Positions 20,624 to 32,196 of a DNA stretch of 64,000 nt are shown piece after piece. Numbering within the stretch: the stretch's first letter is position 1; each line of letters begins with the position of its first letter. Position numbers and translations under genes: made by a program. The DNA comes from an uncultured Bacteroidaceae bacterium (GTDB taxonomy: Bacteria > Bacteroidota > Bacteroidia > Bacteroidales > GCA-2748055), in the NCBI GenBank assembly GCA_964526475.1, contig CAZGKF010000009.1, positions 10,248 to 74,247 on the forward strand. Direction: 5' to 3'. The notes under the pieces were generated by a model. That model was not told the DNA's origin. It searched no databases and saw only the letters and a program-made list of their open reading frames with translations.

Positions 20624-20661
20624 AATGACCAATAGTCATTGCTTTTAGTCATTAAAATGAC
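20624..20661. promoter_or_regulatory. Cluster of four AATGAC/GTCATT half-sites just upstream of the AAA ATPase start (candidate operator)
   Basis: AATGAC caata GTCATT gctttta GTCATT aa AATGAC, read directly from the sequence. The function is inferred only. Confidence 0.25.
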
Positions 20662-20890
20662 AAGATTTCGTTTCTTTTGCTTGTGCACATCAATGTATTG
20701 ATTAAATTCATATCCCCGGACTCAGGATAATACACGATGATTTGTCTGTTCAGTTAATTTTCTAAATTTACCATTCAAAATTGTTGTATGAAAATTTGTA
20801 ATATTACCTGGGACTTATAAAATATATTGCAGTTAGTCATTTAACTTTTAAATCGTTATATAGAATTCGGTACAGAAAAGAAAAGTTTTT

Positions 20891-21901
20891 ATGTCAATGA
20901 AAAAAATACAAGAAATATTGACCTGGGGTATAATTGGCGCAGGCGATGTTTGCGAGAAAAAAAGTGCTCCTGCAATGTATAAGCTAAAAGGGTCACGTGT
21001 TAAATCAATAATGAGAAGGGATCTTGCAAAAGCAATGGATTATGCAAAGCGGCATAACATATCATATTACTACGATAAGGTGGATGCTATTCTGAATGAT
21101 CCGGAGATCGACATTGTATATATAGCAACACCGCCATCAAGCCATAAGGAGCTTGCCTTGAAAGCTGCTCATGCAGGAAAACCGGCTTATATTGAAAAGC
21201 CGATGGCAGCGAATTATGAGGATTGTCTGGTCATGAATGAAGCTTTTCAAAAGGCCGGATTGCCATTATTTGTTGCGTATTACAGGAGGGCTCTTCCAAA
21301 TTTCCTTAAGATAAAGGGATTAATTGAAGAGGGCAGAATCGGTGAAGTAAGAACTGTTAATATTCTGATGAATAAGGAGCCTATACCTGATAATGTAAGG
21401 CAATTGGATTTTAATTGGAGAGTTATTCCGGAAATATCCGGAGGCGGATATTTTTATGATCTTGCATCTCATCAGTTTGATTTTCTCGATTTTCTTTTTG
21501 GTCCGGTTAAGGAGGCAAAAGGGATCGCTTGCAACCAGGCCGGACTATACAATGCGGAAGATGTGGTAACAGCATCGTTTATATTCGGGAATGGGGTTGT
21601 TGGAAGCGGAAGCTGGTGTTTTACCGCGGGAAAAACCTCGGATATTGACCGAACGGTGATCATAGGCAGCAGAGGCCAAATTGAATATTCCACTTTTGGA
21701 GATCCGACTGTAAAACTAATAACCGGGGAGAAAGGAGTTGAAAGCTATACTTTTGAATTACCCGGGCACATTCAGCAAAACCTCATTCAGACAATTGTTG
21801 ATGAAATGAAAGGACGGGGAAAATGTCCCAGCACCGGTATAAGTGCCGCCCGTACAAGCAAGGTGCTGGATCTTATTGCTAAATCATCAGAAAACAGGTA
21901 A
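20891..21901 (+). CDS. Gfo/Idh/MocA family oxidoreductase
   Basis: 336 aa; N-terminal Rossmann motif WGIIGAGDV and ..VYIATPPSSHKELALKAAHAGKPAYIEKPMA.. are typical of the family. Confidence 0.88.
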   Translation: MSMKKIQEILTWGIIGAGDVCEKKSAPAMYKLKGSRVKSIMRRDLAKAMDYAKRHNISYYYDKVDAILNDPEIDIVYIATPPSSHKELALKAAHAGKPAYIEKPMAANYEDCLVMNEAFQKAGLPLFVAYYRRALPNFLKIKGLIEEGRIGEVRTVNILMNKEPIPDNVRQLDFNWRVIPEISGGGYFYDLASHQFDFLDFLFGPVKEAKGIACNQAGLYNAEDVVTASFIFGNGVVGSGSWCFTAGKTSDIDRTVIIGSRGQIEYSTFGDPTVKLITGEKGVESYTFELPGHIQQNLIQTIVDEMKGRGKCPSTGISAARTSKVLDLIAKSSENR

Positions 21902-22229
21902 GCCGGAAATATGTTTGTCTAAACATCTAAATGAAGGCTCAATCAATATACCAGGGGGAGAAAGTTAGATGTGAGGAGAACATTCCGGATGCTTCATCCT
22001 TAGAATCTGTAGCTCATGGATATAGTTAAGATCTTCGACACTTTTTTCTTTAAGAGAATTAAAAATACAATTCACCGGTAAAAATCTTCAACTTACCGAT
22101 TTTTTGTTTCCCTGACTTTCTTTCTCTTTTACTTTTGCTTCATATTTCTCATTCAGCATATAAATTATAATACAAAATGTTTTTGAAATTTTTAGTATCA
22201 CGAATAAAACAAATCAGGAGGATCAAATA

Positions 22230-22958
22230 ATGGAAAAATTAAATGAAACAAGACACGAAACAAGAAAAAACAGAGTTGGTTTTTTAGGACTAATCCTAAT
22301 CATTGCAGGATTGCTGATTATTGGTGATCAGTTTAATCTTTTTCACTTCAAAACCAGAGAAATCCTGTTTACCTGGCAGGCTCTCTTAATAGTACTGGGT
22401 ATTATATTTGTCAACAAACGTGACGGGCGGTTTACAGGAGTATTACTAATAATTATCGGCGCCTTTTTTTTATTACCAAAATTTATGGTTTTACCGGTAA
22501 GTGCCTTTAAACTCTTCTGGCCTGCTATGCTGATTTTCCTCGGGGTATTAATACTCTTTAAGGGAGTGTTTAACCGTGGATTCGGAATTTCAGCGAGTAG
22601 TACGGACGGTGATATGATTGAGGATGTGAATGTTTTCGGAGGTCATGATCGTATCATCACCAGTGAAAACTTCAAAGGTGGAGAGATCATTAATGTTTTT
22701 GGAGGAGGGAAATATAACCTTCTGCAGTCGAAACTCGCACAGGGAAAAAATGTTATTGAGATGGTAATGGTTTTTGGAGGATCGAAATTCATTGTCCCCC
22801 CGGGCTGGGATATAAAGGTGGAAGTGGCAGGTGTGTTTGGAGGCTTTTCCGATAAAAGGATGATAACCGGGGATGAAATATATGATCCTGCAAGAACACT
22901 GGTAATAAAAGGAATAGCTATCTTTGGGGGAGGAGAACTTTCAAGTTACGACAAATAA
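22230..22958 (+). CDS. LiaF-like / DUF2154-type membrane protein (cell-envelope stress module component)
   Basis: 242 aa; four N-terminal TM helices, then a C-terminal domain with repeated VFGG motifs (NVFGGHD, NVFGGGK, MVFGGSK, GVFGGFS, AIFGGGE). It ends 3 nt before the histidine kinase gene. Confidence 0.6.
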   Translation: MEKLNETRHETRKNRVGFLGLILIIAGLLIIGDQFNLFHFKTREILFTWQALLIVLGIIFVNKRDGRFTGVLLIIIGAFFLLPKFMVLPVSAFKLFWPAMLIFLGVLILFKGVFNRGFGISASSTDGDMIEDVNVFGGHDRIITSENFKGGEIINVFGGGKYNLLQSKLAQGKNVIEMVMVFGGSKFIVPPGWDIKVEVAGVFGGFSDKRMITGDEIYDPARTLVIKGIAIFGGGELSSYDK

Positions 22959-22961
22959 GAT

Positions 22962-24014
22962 ATGAATCCGATCTTAAGGAGCCGGATAAACCTGATAGCA
23001 TACATACTTGCCTGGATAGTTGTTTCCGCTATCCAGACAGGTATTATTATTTTTTATTTCCACCTTGATGTTACTCATGCAATTACCGATAGCCTGGTTT
23101 TTAATACCATTTTTTTCCTGATAGCCCTGGCTATTTGGTATCCGGTAAGATATATTCCGTTGAGTAACAGGAATATAATATATGTAGTGCTGAATATACT
23201 GGCCCTGGGGATTCTGGTTATTGTAGTGTGGATGTCAACAGGATTTTTAATAATGAAATCTTTATTTTCCAGTGATGAAGCTTTTATGTATTCGCTCCTG
23301 CTGTCTGTTCCTTACCGTATCATCTCAGGGATACTGTTATTTTTGATTTTGCTGATGATTTATTACCTTATCGTCTATTCCCAAAATCTTAAGGAAAGAA
23401 TAAAAAATGAAACCGACCTGAAAGCTCTGGTGAAGGAGGCTGAGCTGAACATGTTAAAATCACAGATAAACCCCCACTTTCTTTTTAACTCGCTGAATTC
23501 GGTAAGTTCACTCACCCTGCATGATCCTGCAGGAGCCCGGGAGATGATCATCAAGCTTTCGGATTTTTTGCGTTACTCATTAAAACATACTGAAAAAGAC
23601 AAAACTCACATGAAGGATGAAATGGAGAATATACTCAGGTATCTTGATATTGAGAAAGTTCGTTTCGGAGAAAAACTGCAGTTCAGCATTGAATGTGAAA
23701 GCACTTCTGAAAGCTGGCTTGTTCCAAATATGATACTTCAGCCTTTGTTCGAAAATGCTGTGAAGCACGGTGTATATGAAAGCACCGAACCTGTTTTGAT
23801 AGAGATGACATGCAAGGTGGAAAGAGGAATGCTGGGTATTCAGATCACTAATAATTACGACGAGGAGAGTCCCGCCAGGAGGGGTGCAGGTATAGGGTTA
23901 AAAAATATTATGGAAAGGCTGCGGCTGGTTTACGGGAGGGAAGACCTTATGCAGTACCGAAAAGAAGATGGGCGGTTCATTGTTAAATTATATTTTCCAT
24001 ACCATGAAGATTAA
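22962..24014 (+). CDS. LytS/YehU-type sensor histidine kinase (His_kinase + HATPase_c)
   Basis: 350 aa; multi-TM N-terminus, phospho-acceptor motif SQINPHFLFNSLNSV, ATPase motifs ..LQPLFENAVKHG.., ..GAGIGLKNI... Confidence 0.85.
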   Translation: MNPILRSRINLIAYILAWIVVSAIQTGIIIFYFHLDVTHAITDSLVFNTIFFLIALAIWYPVRYIPLSNRNIIYVVLNILALGILVIVVWMSTGFLIMKSLFSSDEAFMYSLLLSVPYRIISGILLFLILLMIYYLIVYSQNLKERIKNETDLKALVKEAELNMLKSQINPHFLFNSLNSVSSLTLHDPAGAREMIIKLSDFLRYSLKHTEKDKTHMKDEMENILRYLDIEKVRFGEKLQFSIECESTSESWLVPNMILQPLFENAVKHGVYESTEPVLIEMTCKVERGMLGIQITNNYDEESPARRGAGIGLKNIMERLRLVYGREDLMQYRKEDGRFIVKLYFPYHED

Positions 24015-24747
24015 TTCACTGATCATTGAAGATGAAGAGCTTGCCAGGAGTCTTCTGAAAGAATACCTGGAAAGTTTTCCCGGAATTGAAATATGCGGGG
24101 AGTATGCTGATGGTTTCTCTGGTCTGAAGGGTATTCAGGAACACAAACCAGATTTGGTTTTTCTTGATATACAGATGCCAAAACTGAACGGATTCGAGAT
24201 GCTTGAACTTCTCGATGATACACCTGAAATAATCTTCACTACTGCTTACGATCAATATGCTATCAGGGCTTTTGAACTCAATGCAGTGGATTATCTGCTG
24301 AAACCTTTTCCGGAAGACAGATTCCGGGAGGCAGTGAGTAAAGCCCTGGAAAGAATTATGATGAAAAAGAAGTCCGGTTATACAGGCTTGAAGGAACATA
24401 TTGACAATACTGCGGAGATACTTTCCAGGGTGGTGGTTCGAACGAGAAATGAGATCAGGATTATTCCGGCCGACCAGATTCTTTTCCTTGAAGCACAGGA
24501 CGATTATGTGATGATATATACCACTTCGGAGAAGTACCTGAAACAAAAAACCATGAAATATTTCGAGGATCATCTGGGAAAAGATGAGTTTGTAAGAGTG
24601 CACAGATCATACCTGGTAAGGGCCGATCGGATAAGCAAACTTGAACCCTATGAGAAAAATGCCTGGTTGTTGATTTTAAAAGGTGGTCAGAAAGTTCCGG
24701 TGAGCCGTTCAGGATACGCTCTTTTGAAGAAGGTGCTGGATATATAG
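24004..24747 (+). CDS. LytTR-family response regulator
   Basis: The receiver domain starts MKINSLIIEDEELARSLL.. (ATG 24004; the ORF-track start 23968 is an upstream extension). Receiver motifs DLVFLDIQMP and KP are present. The C-terminal LytTR domain reads ..DDYVMIYT..FVRVHRSYLV... It overlaps the kinase stop by 11 nt. Confidence 0.9.
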   Translation: MKINSLIIEDEELARSLLKEYLESFPGIEICGEYADGFSGLKGIQEHKPDLVFLDIQMPKLNGFEMLELLDDTPEIIFTTAYDQYAIRAFELNAVDYLLKPFPEDRFREAVSKALERIMMKKKSGYTGLKEHIDNTAEILSRVVVRTRNEIRIIPADQILFLEAQDDYVMIYTTSEKYLKQKTMKYFEDHLGKDEFVRVHRSYLVRADRISKLEPYEKNAWLLILKGGQKVPVSRSGYALLKKVLDI

Positions 24748-25312
24748 AAATGCCTGAATTGGAAGTTGAAATTATTTATTAACTTCCGTTCCCGGAATAT
24801 TAAAGTCAAACAAAAGGAATCCTGCCAATTAAAAACCCACCACGGGACAGAAGTATATGTTATTATCGGATATGTTAAAGATACCTGCATTAAAAGTAAC
24901 CGTAAAATCTTGTCGGCTTCCATACAATTGCTATATTTGGTACCTGAATAGTTTCATGAAGGAAAATCATAATTGAAAATAAGTACCACATAATTGCAAT
25001 AGTATTCCTGCCAACTGACTTTTATCTGAGGGGAATTGATCTTTTCAAAGTTCAGAATTGTTGCGATAGCTTCACACTAAAGTGTTAACGGACGCCCTTA
25101 AGAAATCATTATATCATTGCAGATCCCTGGATTTTTGCAACAAAAACAGGATGGATCCTTTCCTTCATCGGCCAATTGATCATTAAACTCATTTAACCTT
25201 AATGAAAGTGAACCGGTGCTATAAAAAAAATGTTAGTAGTAATAGTCTCTTTGGTTTTATTGAGATTTTCATGCCTGCAAAGCAGAGAAAAAATAACGAA
25301 AAATAGAAAATT

Positions 25313-27328
<2,016 letters not shown>

Positions 27329-27540
27329 TAATCTTTAAACTTCTTATTATAGGGCGTTTTTGAGTCACTTCAGACAGAAAATCATCTTTTGTTTATTCTG
27401 TTGTGATTACAGAAAGTATATAAGAGCTTTTGTCAAGAATATGTTGGTGAATAGCGGAAATTGGGTGGCAGATGACGAATGGCTGCTAAAGGTAGTTATT
27501 TATCACGTTTGCCATAATCCTCTCCTTACTGATAACCATG

Positions 27541-27972
27541 TCATACAAATAAAATCCCACCGGTTTTCTGATAGCTCCCTCCAAGTATATAAAATAAGCC
27601 TGCAGCCGTAAAGCTAATCGCAAAGGTGATTGCAAGGAATAATCTCGTTTTTTCAATAACTGCATCACTTGTATCTTCCAGGATACAACCGACTTCGGAA
27701 CGAAGCTTGCTTTTTTCTAATTTCCGGGGATTATCATAATAAATACCAAAACCTTTGAAAGTTTTTATCTTATCCTCTTCCAATAATGAATAATAGATCG
27801 TATCCATCACCCTTGCGCAAAGTTTGTAGTCACCTATGTATTCTTCATAAACGAGGGTTTCTCCACCCTGTTTTGTGATGCTGACTTTGATTTTTCTAAA
27901 TCCATCGAAGTAGATAAGAAAAATAAGCAAAAGGGTAGCTAATACTACTAATATTAATAATGCGTTTTTCAT
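27541..27972 (-). CDS. Membrane-anchored hypothetical protein (possibly a GyrI-like fold; weak)
   Basis: 143 aa; N-terminal TM and a C-terminal hydrophobic segment. The family assignment is not secure. Confidence 0.35.
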   Translation of the reverse strand: MKNALLILVVLATLLLIFLIYFDGFRKIKVSITKQGGETLVYEEYIGDYKLCARVMDTIYYSLLEEDKIKTFKGFGIYYDNPRKLEKSKLRSEVGCILEDTSDAVIEKTRLFLAITFAISFTAAGLFYILGGSYQKTGGILFV

Positions 27973-28148
27973 GGTGAGAGAATTTTATTAAACAATAAGA
28001 TCGGTCTATATCTTCAGAAATGTCTTAAACTGAACAAAACCCGATATACGTTGTAAAATTCCGAATTATACCAGAAAAGATGAAATATTGTTTAATGAAT
28101 GCCTTGTTTTGTTTGTTGAAAGGCGGATAGTTTAGGGTAAGATTTTTT

Positions 28149-28627
28149 GTGTTGTTTTTTCTGGTGGGTATCATGGAATCAGATGTTTATATGACCACAA
28201 ACTACAAAATCCAGACTTTCTCCAGATCCAGGCTCGCTACTTTCGATGAATTCTCTATGGGTAAACGGTTGGTTTATTCACAATTCCGTCCATCCCGTAT
28301 CCTTCGGCATTGGAACGAAATGATCATAAAGCGGTGGAAGCACTTATGAAATTGGATTTTCCCGGTTCGGATGCAAACGTTAATGAGTGGATAGAATATC
28401 TGATGGCAGAAAGAAAATATGTAAACCGCTATGGAGGAGGCACAACAAGAGAAATGCCCGGAATGTGGCCACTGATAAAGATCGTATTAAATTCCGGGAT
28501 TTATACCCTTGGTGAAAAACTGAATTTCATGAATGCCAGTATGTTTTCTCTTGAAAACCTCTGGCTTGATGTAGTAAACACCAACCTGTTTCATGAGATT
28601 GACAGTATGAGTTTTCTTTCAGACTAA
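28149..28627 (+). pseudogene. Two short gene remnants: the N-terminus of a 2-oxoacid-dehydrogenase-acyltransferase-like protein, then a fragment resembling the C-terminal part of an alpha/beta hydrolase
   Basis: ORF 28149-28349 contains ..YKIQTFSRSRLATFDEFSMGKR.., then turns into nonsense-like sequence. The overlapping ORF 28310-28627 (..FPGSDANVNEWIEYLMAERKYVNRYGGGTTREMPGMW..) stops directly at the stop of the convergent gene 28628-29740. Both are far shorter than the families they resemble. The family calls are from memory and weak. Confidence 0.35.
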
Positions 28628-29740
28628 TTAATTACCGTTATTTTTATAATTTATGATATTATATTGTATCGATATAATTTCCAAATCTAACCATGTCCAA
28701 TCCTTTTCATCGAGTTCCCATGTGGCTTTCATTTTCGATGGAACTTTAATCCCCTCAAAAACAGCGTAATCATCCACGGTTAAAACCCACGGAAAACGCT
28801 TAGAATCCGCTTTGTTGCCCATATACCGCAACGCAACAAATTTCACAAAATCGCCATTTTCATTAAAATAAAAAGTACCTTCTCCGGTAGTTCCTTCATA
28901 AGTCATGGTAGCTTTTGCCGAATTTTCATCAACCGCTTCCCAATATATATAAGGGCTTAGTGCTAATGAAGGAAACCAGACCAATTCGCCCAAGAATCGT
29001 TGAAGGGAACCTTCGTCCATTCGGGGGCCTTTTTCGTTCACTATATTTATGAGTGTATTTATCTTAATAAGCATTTCGCCTTTACCCCCAACAAACTTAT
29101 CACGGCCTCTGACTTTGATAAGTGGTGACATTTCCATGTTAACTGTCCAGATAAAGGCTGGCGGATTTATAGTAGTGTATTGCTCTGCATGAGCAGCATA
29201 CCAATCCTGCTGTTGCGGCTTCATTTTCATCAGTGCCTTTTGTTTTACAAAGCCCGTATTAATTGCAGGTTTTCCTATAATGCCTGTGCTGTGCATCCAT
29301 CGTTGTACGGGAACGGGCAGTTCATGAATATCCGAATCAGTAATAATTACTGATTCAGATGTTTTTAAAGCATCGAGAATTTCTTCTGTTTCGCGGGCAA
29401 CCATTTTATTCATGCTGCAGGATGAAAACGAAACAGATGCCAAAACCAAAATAATTACATTGGGTATCATACCGTACTTGGCATCGCCCCATGTACTCGC
29501 TATAAGTATGCTTGAAATAATTATAGCCGGAACAGCAAAGTATGGCCAAAGGTCTTTCCCTAGTGTAAGGCCAACAGCCGAAAAGGCAAACAACAAAAAT
29601 GCAACAAACCAGAATATGCCCGAAACAGGTGAAATATCAGCTTGCAGATTTGATATCTGGGCAATTTTAAATCCCTTCACAAAGCCCATTATATGAATGG
29701 CGCCGTGTAGAAAAATGAGAATTGAAAGAAAGTACTTCAT
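28628..29740 (-). CDS. Membrane-anchored hypothetical protein (3-4 N-terminal TM helices + ~250-aa soluble domain)
   Basis: 370 aa intact ORF; MKYFLSILIFLHGAIHIMGFVKGF..; no family that I can name with confidence. Confidence 0.45.
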   Translation of the reverse strand: MKYFLSILIFLHGAIHIMGFVKGFKIAQISNLQADISPVSGIFWFVAFLLFAFSAVGLTLGKDLWPYFAVPAIIISSILIASTWGDAKYGMIPNVIILVLASVSFSSCSMNKMVARETEEILDALKTSESVIITDSDIHELPVPVQRWMHSTGIIGKPAINTGFVKQKALMKMKPQQQDWYAAHAEQYTTINPPAFIWTVNMEMSPLIKVRGRDKFVGGKGEMLIKINTLINIVNEKGPRMDEGSLQRFLGELVWFPSLALSPYIYWEAVDENSAKATMTYEGTTGEGTFYFNENGDFVKFVALRYMGNKADSKRFPWVLTVDDYAVFEGIKVPSKMKATWELDEKDWTWLDLEIISIQYNIINYKNNGN

Positions 29741-30050
29741 AATCTTATGTGTTTTGTATTTACAAATTTATACCAATTGATAAATAGAAATGGTTTTTTA
29801 ATTGAAAAAACCGGTTTTCAATTGACAGGCCATCATGTTTCATTTTTTCTTTTCGTTTTCGTATGGTTTACCAAGGCGTTGAATAATTTGATATTATTTA
29901 TTTAAATGCGTTTGAAAAAGTCACAGAGTTTTTTTAGGATAACTTATAAATTGAAATCTAATTCTAAGGGGCCAGGGGTAGCGTTGGCTTTTCTAAAAAA
30001 ACAACATGGTTAATTTAATCCCGATAAATATTCACCAAAATCAATCTAAA

Positions 30051-30419
30051 ATGAAAAGCAGTTTCAAATATGTCTCAATACTCATCCTTTTTCTTATGCT
30101 CTCCTGTCAAAAAGAATCCATCATCCGGTTTGGCTTCGATACCGATTTTGGCAGGAATTCTCATGGCTTATCCATCATGCATGTGGGTAAGCAGGTTAAA
30201 AGAATAAGCCTGGAGGGTGAGCTTTTTGTATCCGAAGGGGGAGTTCTTTTGGAGTTGATAAACCCAAATAGGGAAACCGTTTTTACAATCCAACCTCAAT
30301 CGCCTGAAAACCTATACCTTGATGAATCCTTCCAGGCAGTTTCCGGAAATTGGAAGTTGAAATATAGGAGCATTGAGGGGTCGGGAACAATAACATTGCA
30401 TTTAAACGCAGTAAATTAA
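30051..30419 (+). CDS. Small lipoprotein
   Basis: The ORF track gives 30006-30419. The likely start is MKSSFKYVSILILFLMLSC (lipobox). The mature part is ~105 aa. Confidence 0.45.
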   Translation: MKSSFKYVSILILFLMLSCQKESIIRFGFDTDFGRNSHGLSIMHVGKQVKRISLEGELFVSEGGVLLELINPNRETVFTIQPQSPENLYLDESFQAVSGNWKLKYRSIEGSGTITLHLNAVN

Positions 30420-30617
30420 TTTCTGTTAAGAGATGAAAGCCAACTCACTCAAAGAACAAAAACAAAGGATTTTCTGATAACAGAAAACATTACTCGCGAA
30501 ACATTTTGGAATTTATTTAAACCCGGTTGCGACGAACATTTAGTTTTACATAATCTAAGGAAAAGTAATTGTTACGTATCCAACCTTGACATAGTTGCCC
30601 AATCGGAAAATAAAATA

Positions 30618-31046
30618 ATGGGTCATATAATAACTACCAAAGCGAATGTAGTAGATATACAAAATAAGGAACACCAAGTGTTATGTGTAGGACCAATCTC
30701 GGTGCTTCCTGAGTTTCAAAAGATAGGTATTGGAACAAAACTCTTAAAAGAATCAATTGCTATTGCTAAAGAATTAGGCTATTCGGCAATGATACTATTT
30801 GGACACCCAGATTATTATCACCGTTTTGGATTTGTTAATGCACAGAATTATGGAAATACAACAAAAGAAGGAAAGAATTTTGAACCTTTTATGGTTTTGG
30901 AATTATATCCAAATGCTTTGGCAGCTGTGAGAGGAAAGTTTTATGAGGATAAGGCATTTGAAATCAAAGAAGAAGAACTCAATGAGTTTGAAAAACTTTT
31001 TCCAAAAAAAGAAAAAGGCAAATCTAAAATTGACATTAATCATTAG
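30618..31046 (+). CDS. GNAT (YhbS-like) N-acetyltransferase lacking a canonical start for its N-terminal ~65 codons
   Basis: The 142-aa ORF has the acetyl-CoA motif VLPEFQKIGIGTKLLKESI. Family-like sequence continues upstream in the same frame (..LLRDES..DFLITENITRETFWNLFKPGCDEHLVLHNLRKSNCYVSNLDIVAQSENKIMGHI) back to the TAA of the preceding gene (30417-30419). There is no ATG/GTG/TTG in that stretch, only CTG at 30423. Confidence 0.7.
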   Translation: MGHIITTKANVVDIQNKEHQVLCVGPISVLPEFQKIGIGTKLLKESIAIAKELGYSAMILFGHPDYYHRFGFVNAQNYGNTTKEGKNFEPFMVLELYPNALAAVRGKFYEDKAFEIKEEELNEFEKLFPKKEKGKSKIDINH

Positions 31047-31053
31047 AAACAAA

Positions 31054-32051
31054 ATGACACTAGAATAATTAGGATATAATAAAAATATTGAAGCATTTAG
31101 AATCGAACAAAAACTGAATGACTTTGAACCAGGAAGAATAATTGCAGAACATAAGGAACGATATACTGTAAAAACAACACAAGGAGAATACGAAGCTGAA
31201 ATAACAGGAAATATGCGATTTTCAGCCGAAAGTCGTGAAGATTTCCCAGCAGTAGGCGATTGGGTAGCAATGTCGACTTATGATACGGATAGTGCAATAA
31301 TTCATAGAATATTACCAAGGTTCTCAATAGTTAAAAGACAAGCAGTTGGACAATTCGGAGAAATTCAAGTTATAGCAACAAATATTGATTACGCTTTTTT
31401 GGTTCAAGCAGTTGACCGGGATTTTAATATAAACAGACTTGAAAGATACCTGACTATATGTTATTCTTCTAAGGTAAGCCCGATAATTATTCTAACAAAA
31501 ACAGATTTGATAAATGAACAAGAAAAAATTGAATTAATAGAAAACGTTAATCAACGGATACGAAATATTCCAGTTTTTGCAATTAGCAATGAAACGCAGG
31601 ATGGATATGATGCCTTAAATCGGATAATTGAAAAAGGTAAGACATTTTGTATGCTCGGTTCTTCTGGTGTTGGAAAATCTACTTTGTTAAATAACCTCTC
31701 TGGCAGGTCTATAATGAGAACGGATTCAATAAGCCAAAGCACAAGTAAGGGCAGACACGTTACAAGTCACAGGGAACTAATAGTGTTGGAAAATGGCGGA
31801 ATACTTTAGATAATCCCGGAATGAGAGAAGTAGGAATTACTGACACCTCAAACGGATTAGAAACCACATTTGATAAGATTATTAGCTTTTTACAGAATTG
31901 TAAGTAAAAAGATTGTACTCATTCAAACGAGATAGGATGTTCGGTGCTTGAAGCGGTTAAAAATGGAGAAATAGAGAAAAATTCGTACGAAAATTACTTG
32001 AAATTGGAAAGAGAGAAAGCGCATTTCGAATCAACCGCAAATATCTGGTAA
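31054..32051 (+). pseudogene. rsgA: Ribosome small-subunit-dependent GTPase RsgA (YjeQ), disrupted by two nonsense codons and one frameshift
   Basis: My translation gives MTLE*LGYNKNIEAFRIEQKLNDFEPGRIIAEHKERYTV..(ORF 31213-31809)..TNIDYAFLVQAV..IILTKTDL..FCMLGSSGVGKSTLLN..GRHVTSHRELIVLENGGIL*. It then shifts frame to LDNPGMREVGI..LQNCK*KDCTHSNEIGCSVLEAVKNGEI... The lesions are TAA at codon 5 (31066-31068), a 1-nt frameshift in a T-run at ~31805-31809, and TAA inside the C-x2-C-x-H zinc knuckle (~31905). Confidence 0.8.
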
Positions 32052-32196
32052 ATATGGCTTCCATTTCCAATATGGTGGCATATTCGCGAAGCCGGGTTAA
32101 ACTGGAACTGAAACCAAAAGCTGATGATGATTCTGAAACTATTGTGAGTATTGACCGGTCATCTGATTTTAAGAAATGGTTGAATAATTAGGGGCA

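Noticed and set aside
24016-24603. Long antisense ORFs inside well-supported genes (for example 24016-24603 -, 35485-35940 -, 38950-39432 +, 57927-58409 -, 63026-63487 +, 49826-50233 +, 50388-50819 +, 15156-15506 +, 7811-8089 +)
   Set aside because: Each lies entirely within a gene with strong family-level evidence on the opposite strand. Their translations are low-complexity or hydrophobic shadow sequences with no recognisable motifs.
31054-32051. Stop-codon reassignment (TAA read as sense) as an explanation for the in-frame TAAs in rsgA
   Set aside because: TAA is used as the terminator of many well-conserved neighbouring genes, which end at the expected length (for example the kinase at 24012-24014 and smpB at 61566-61568). 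rsgA also has a frameshift, which recoding would not fix.
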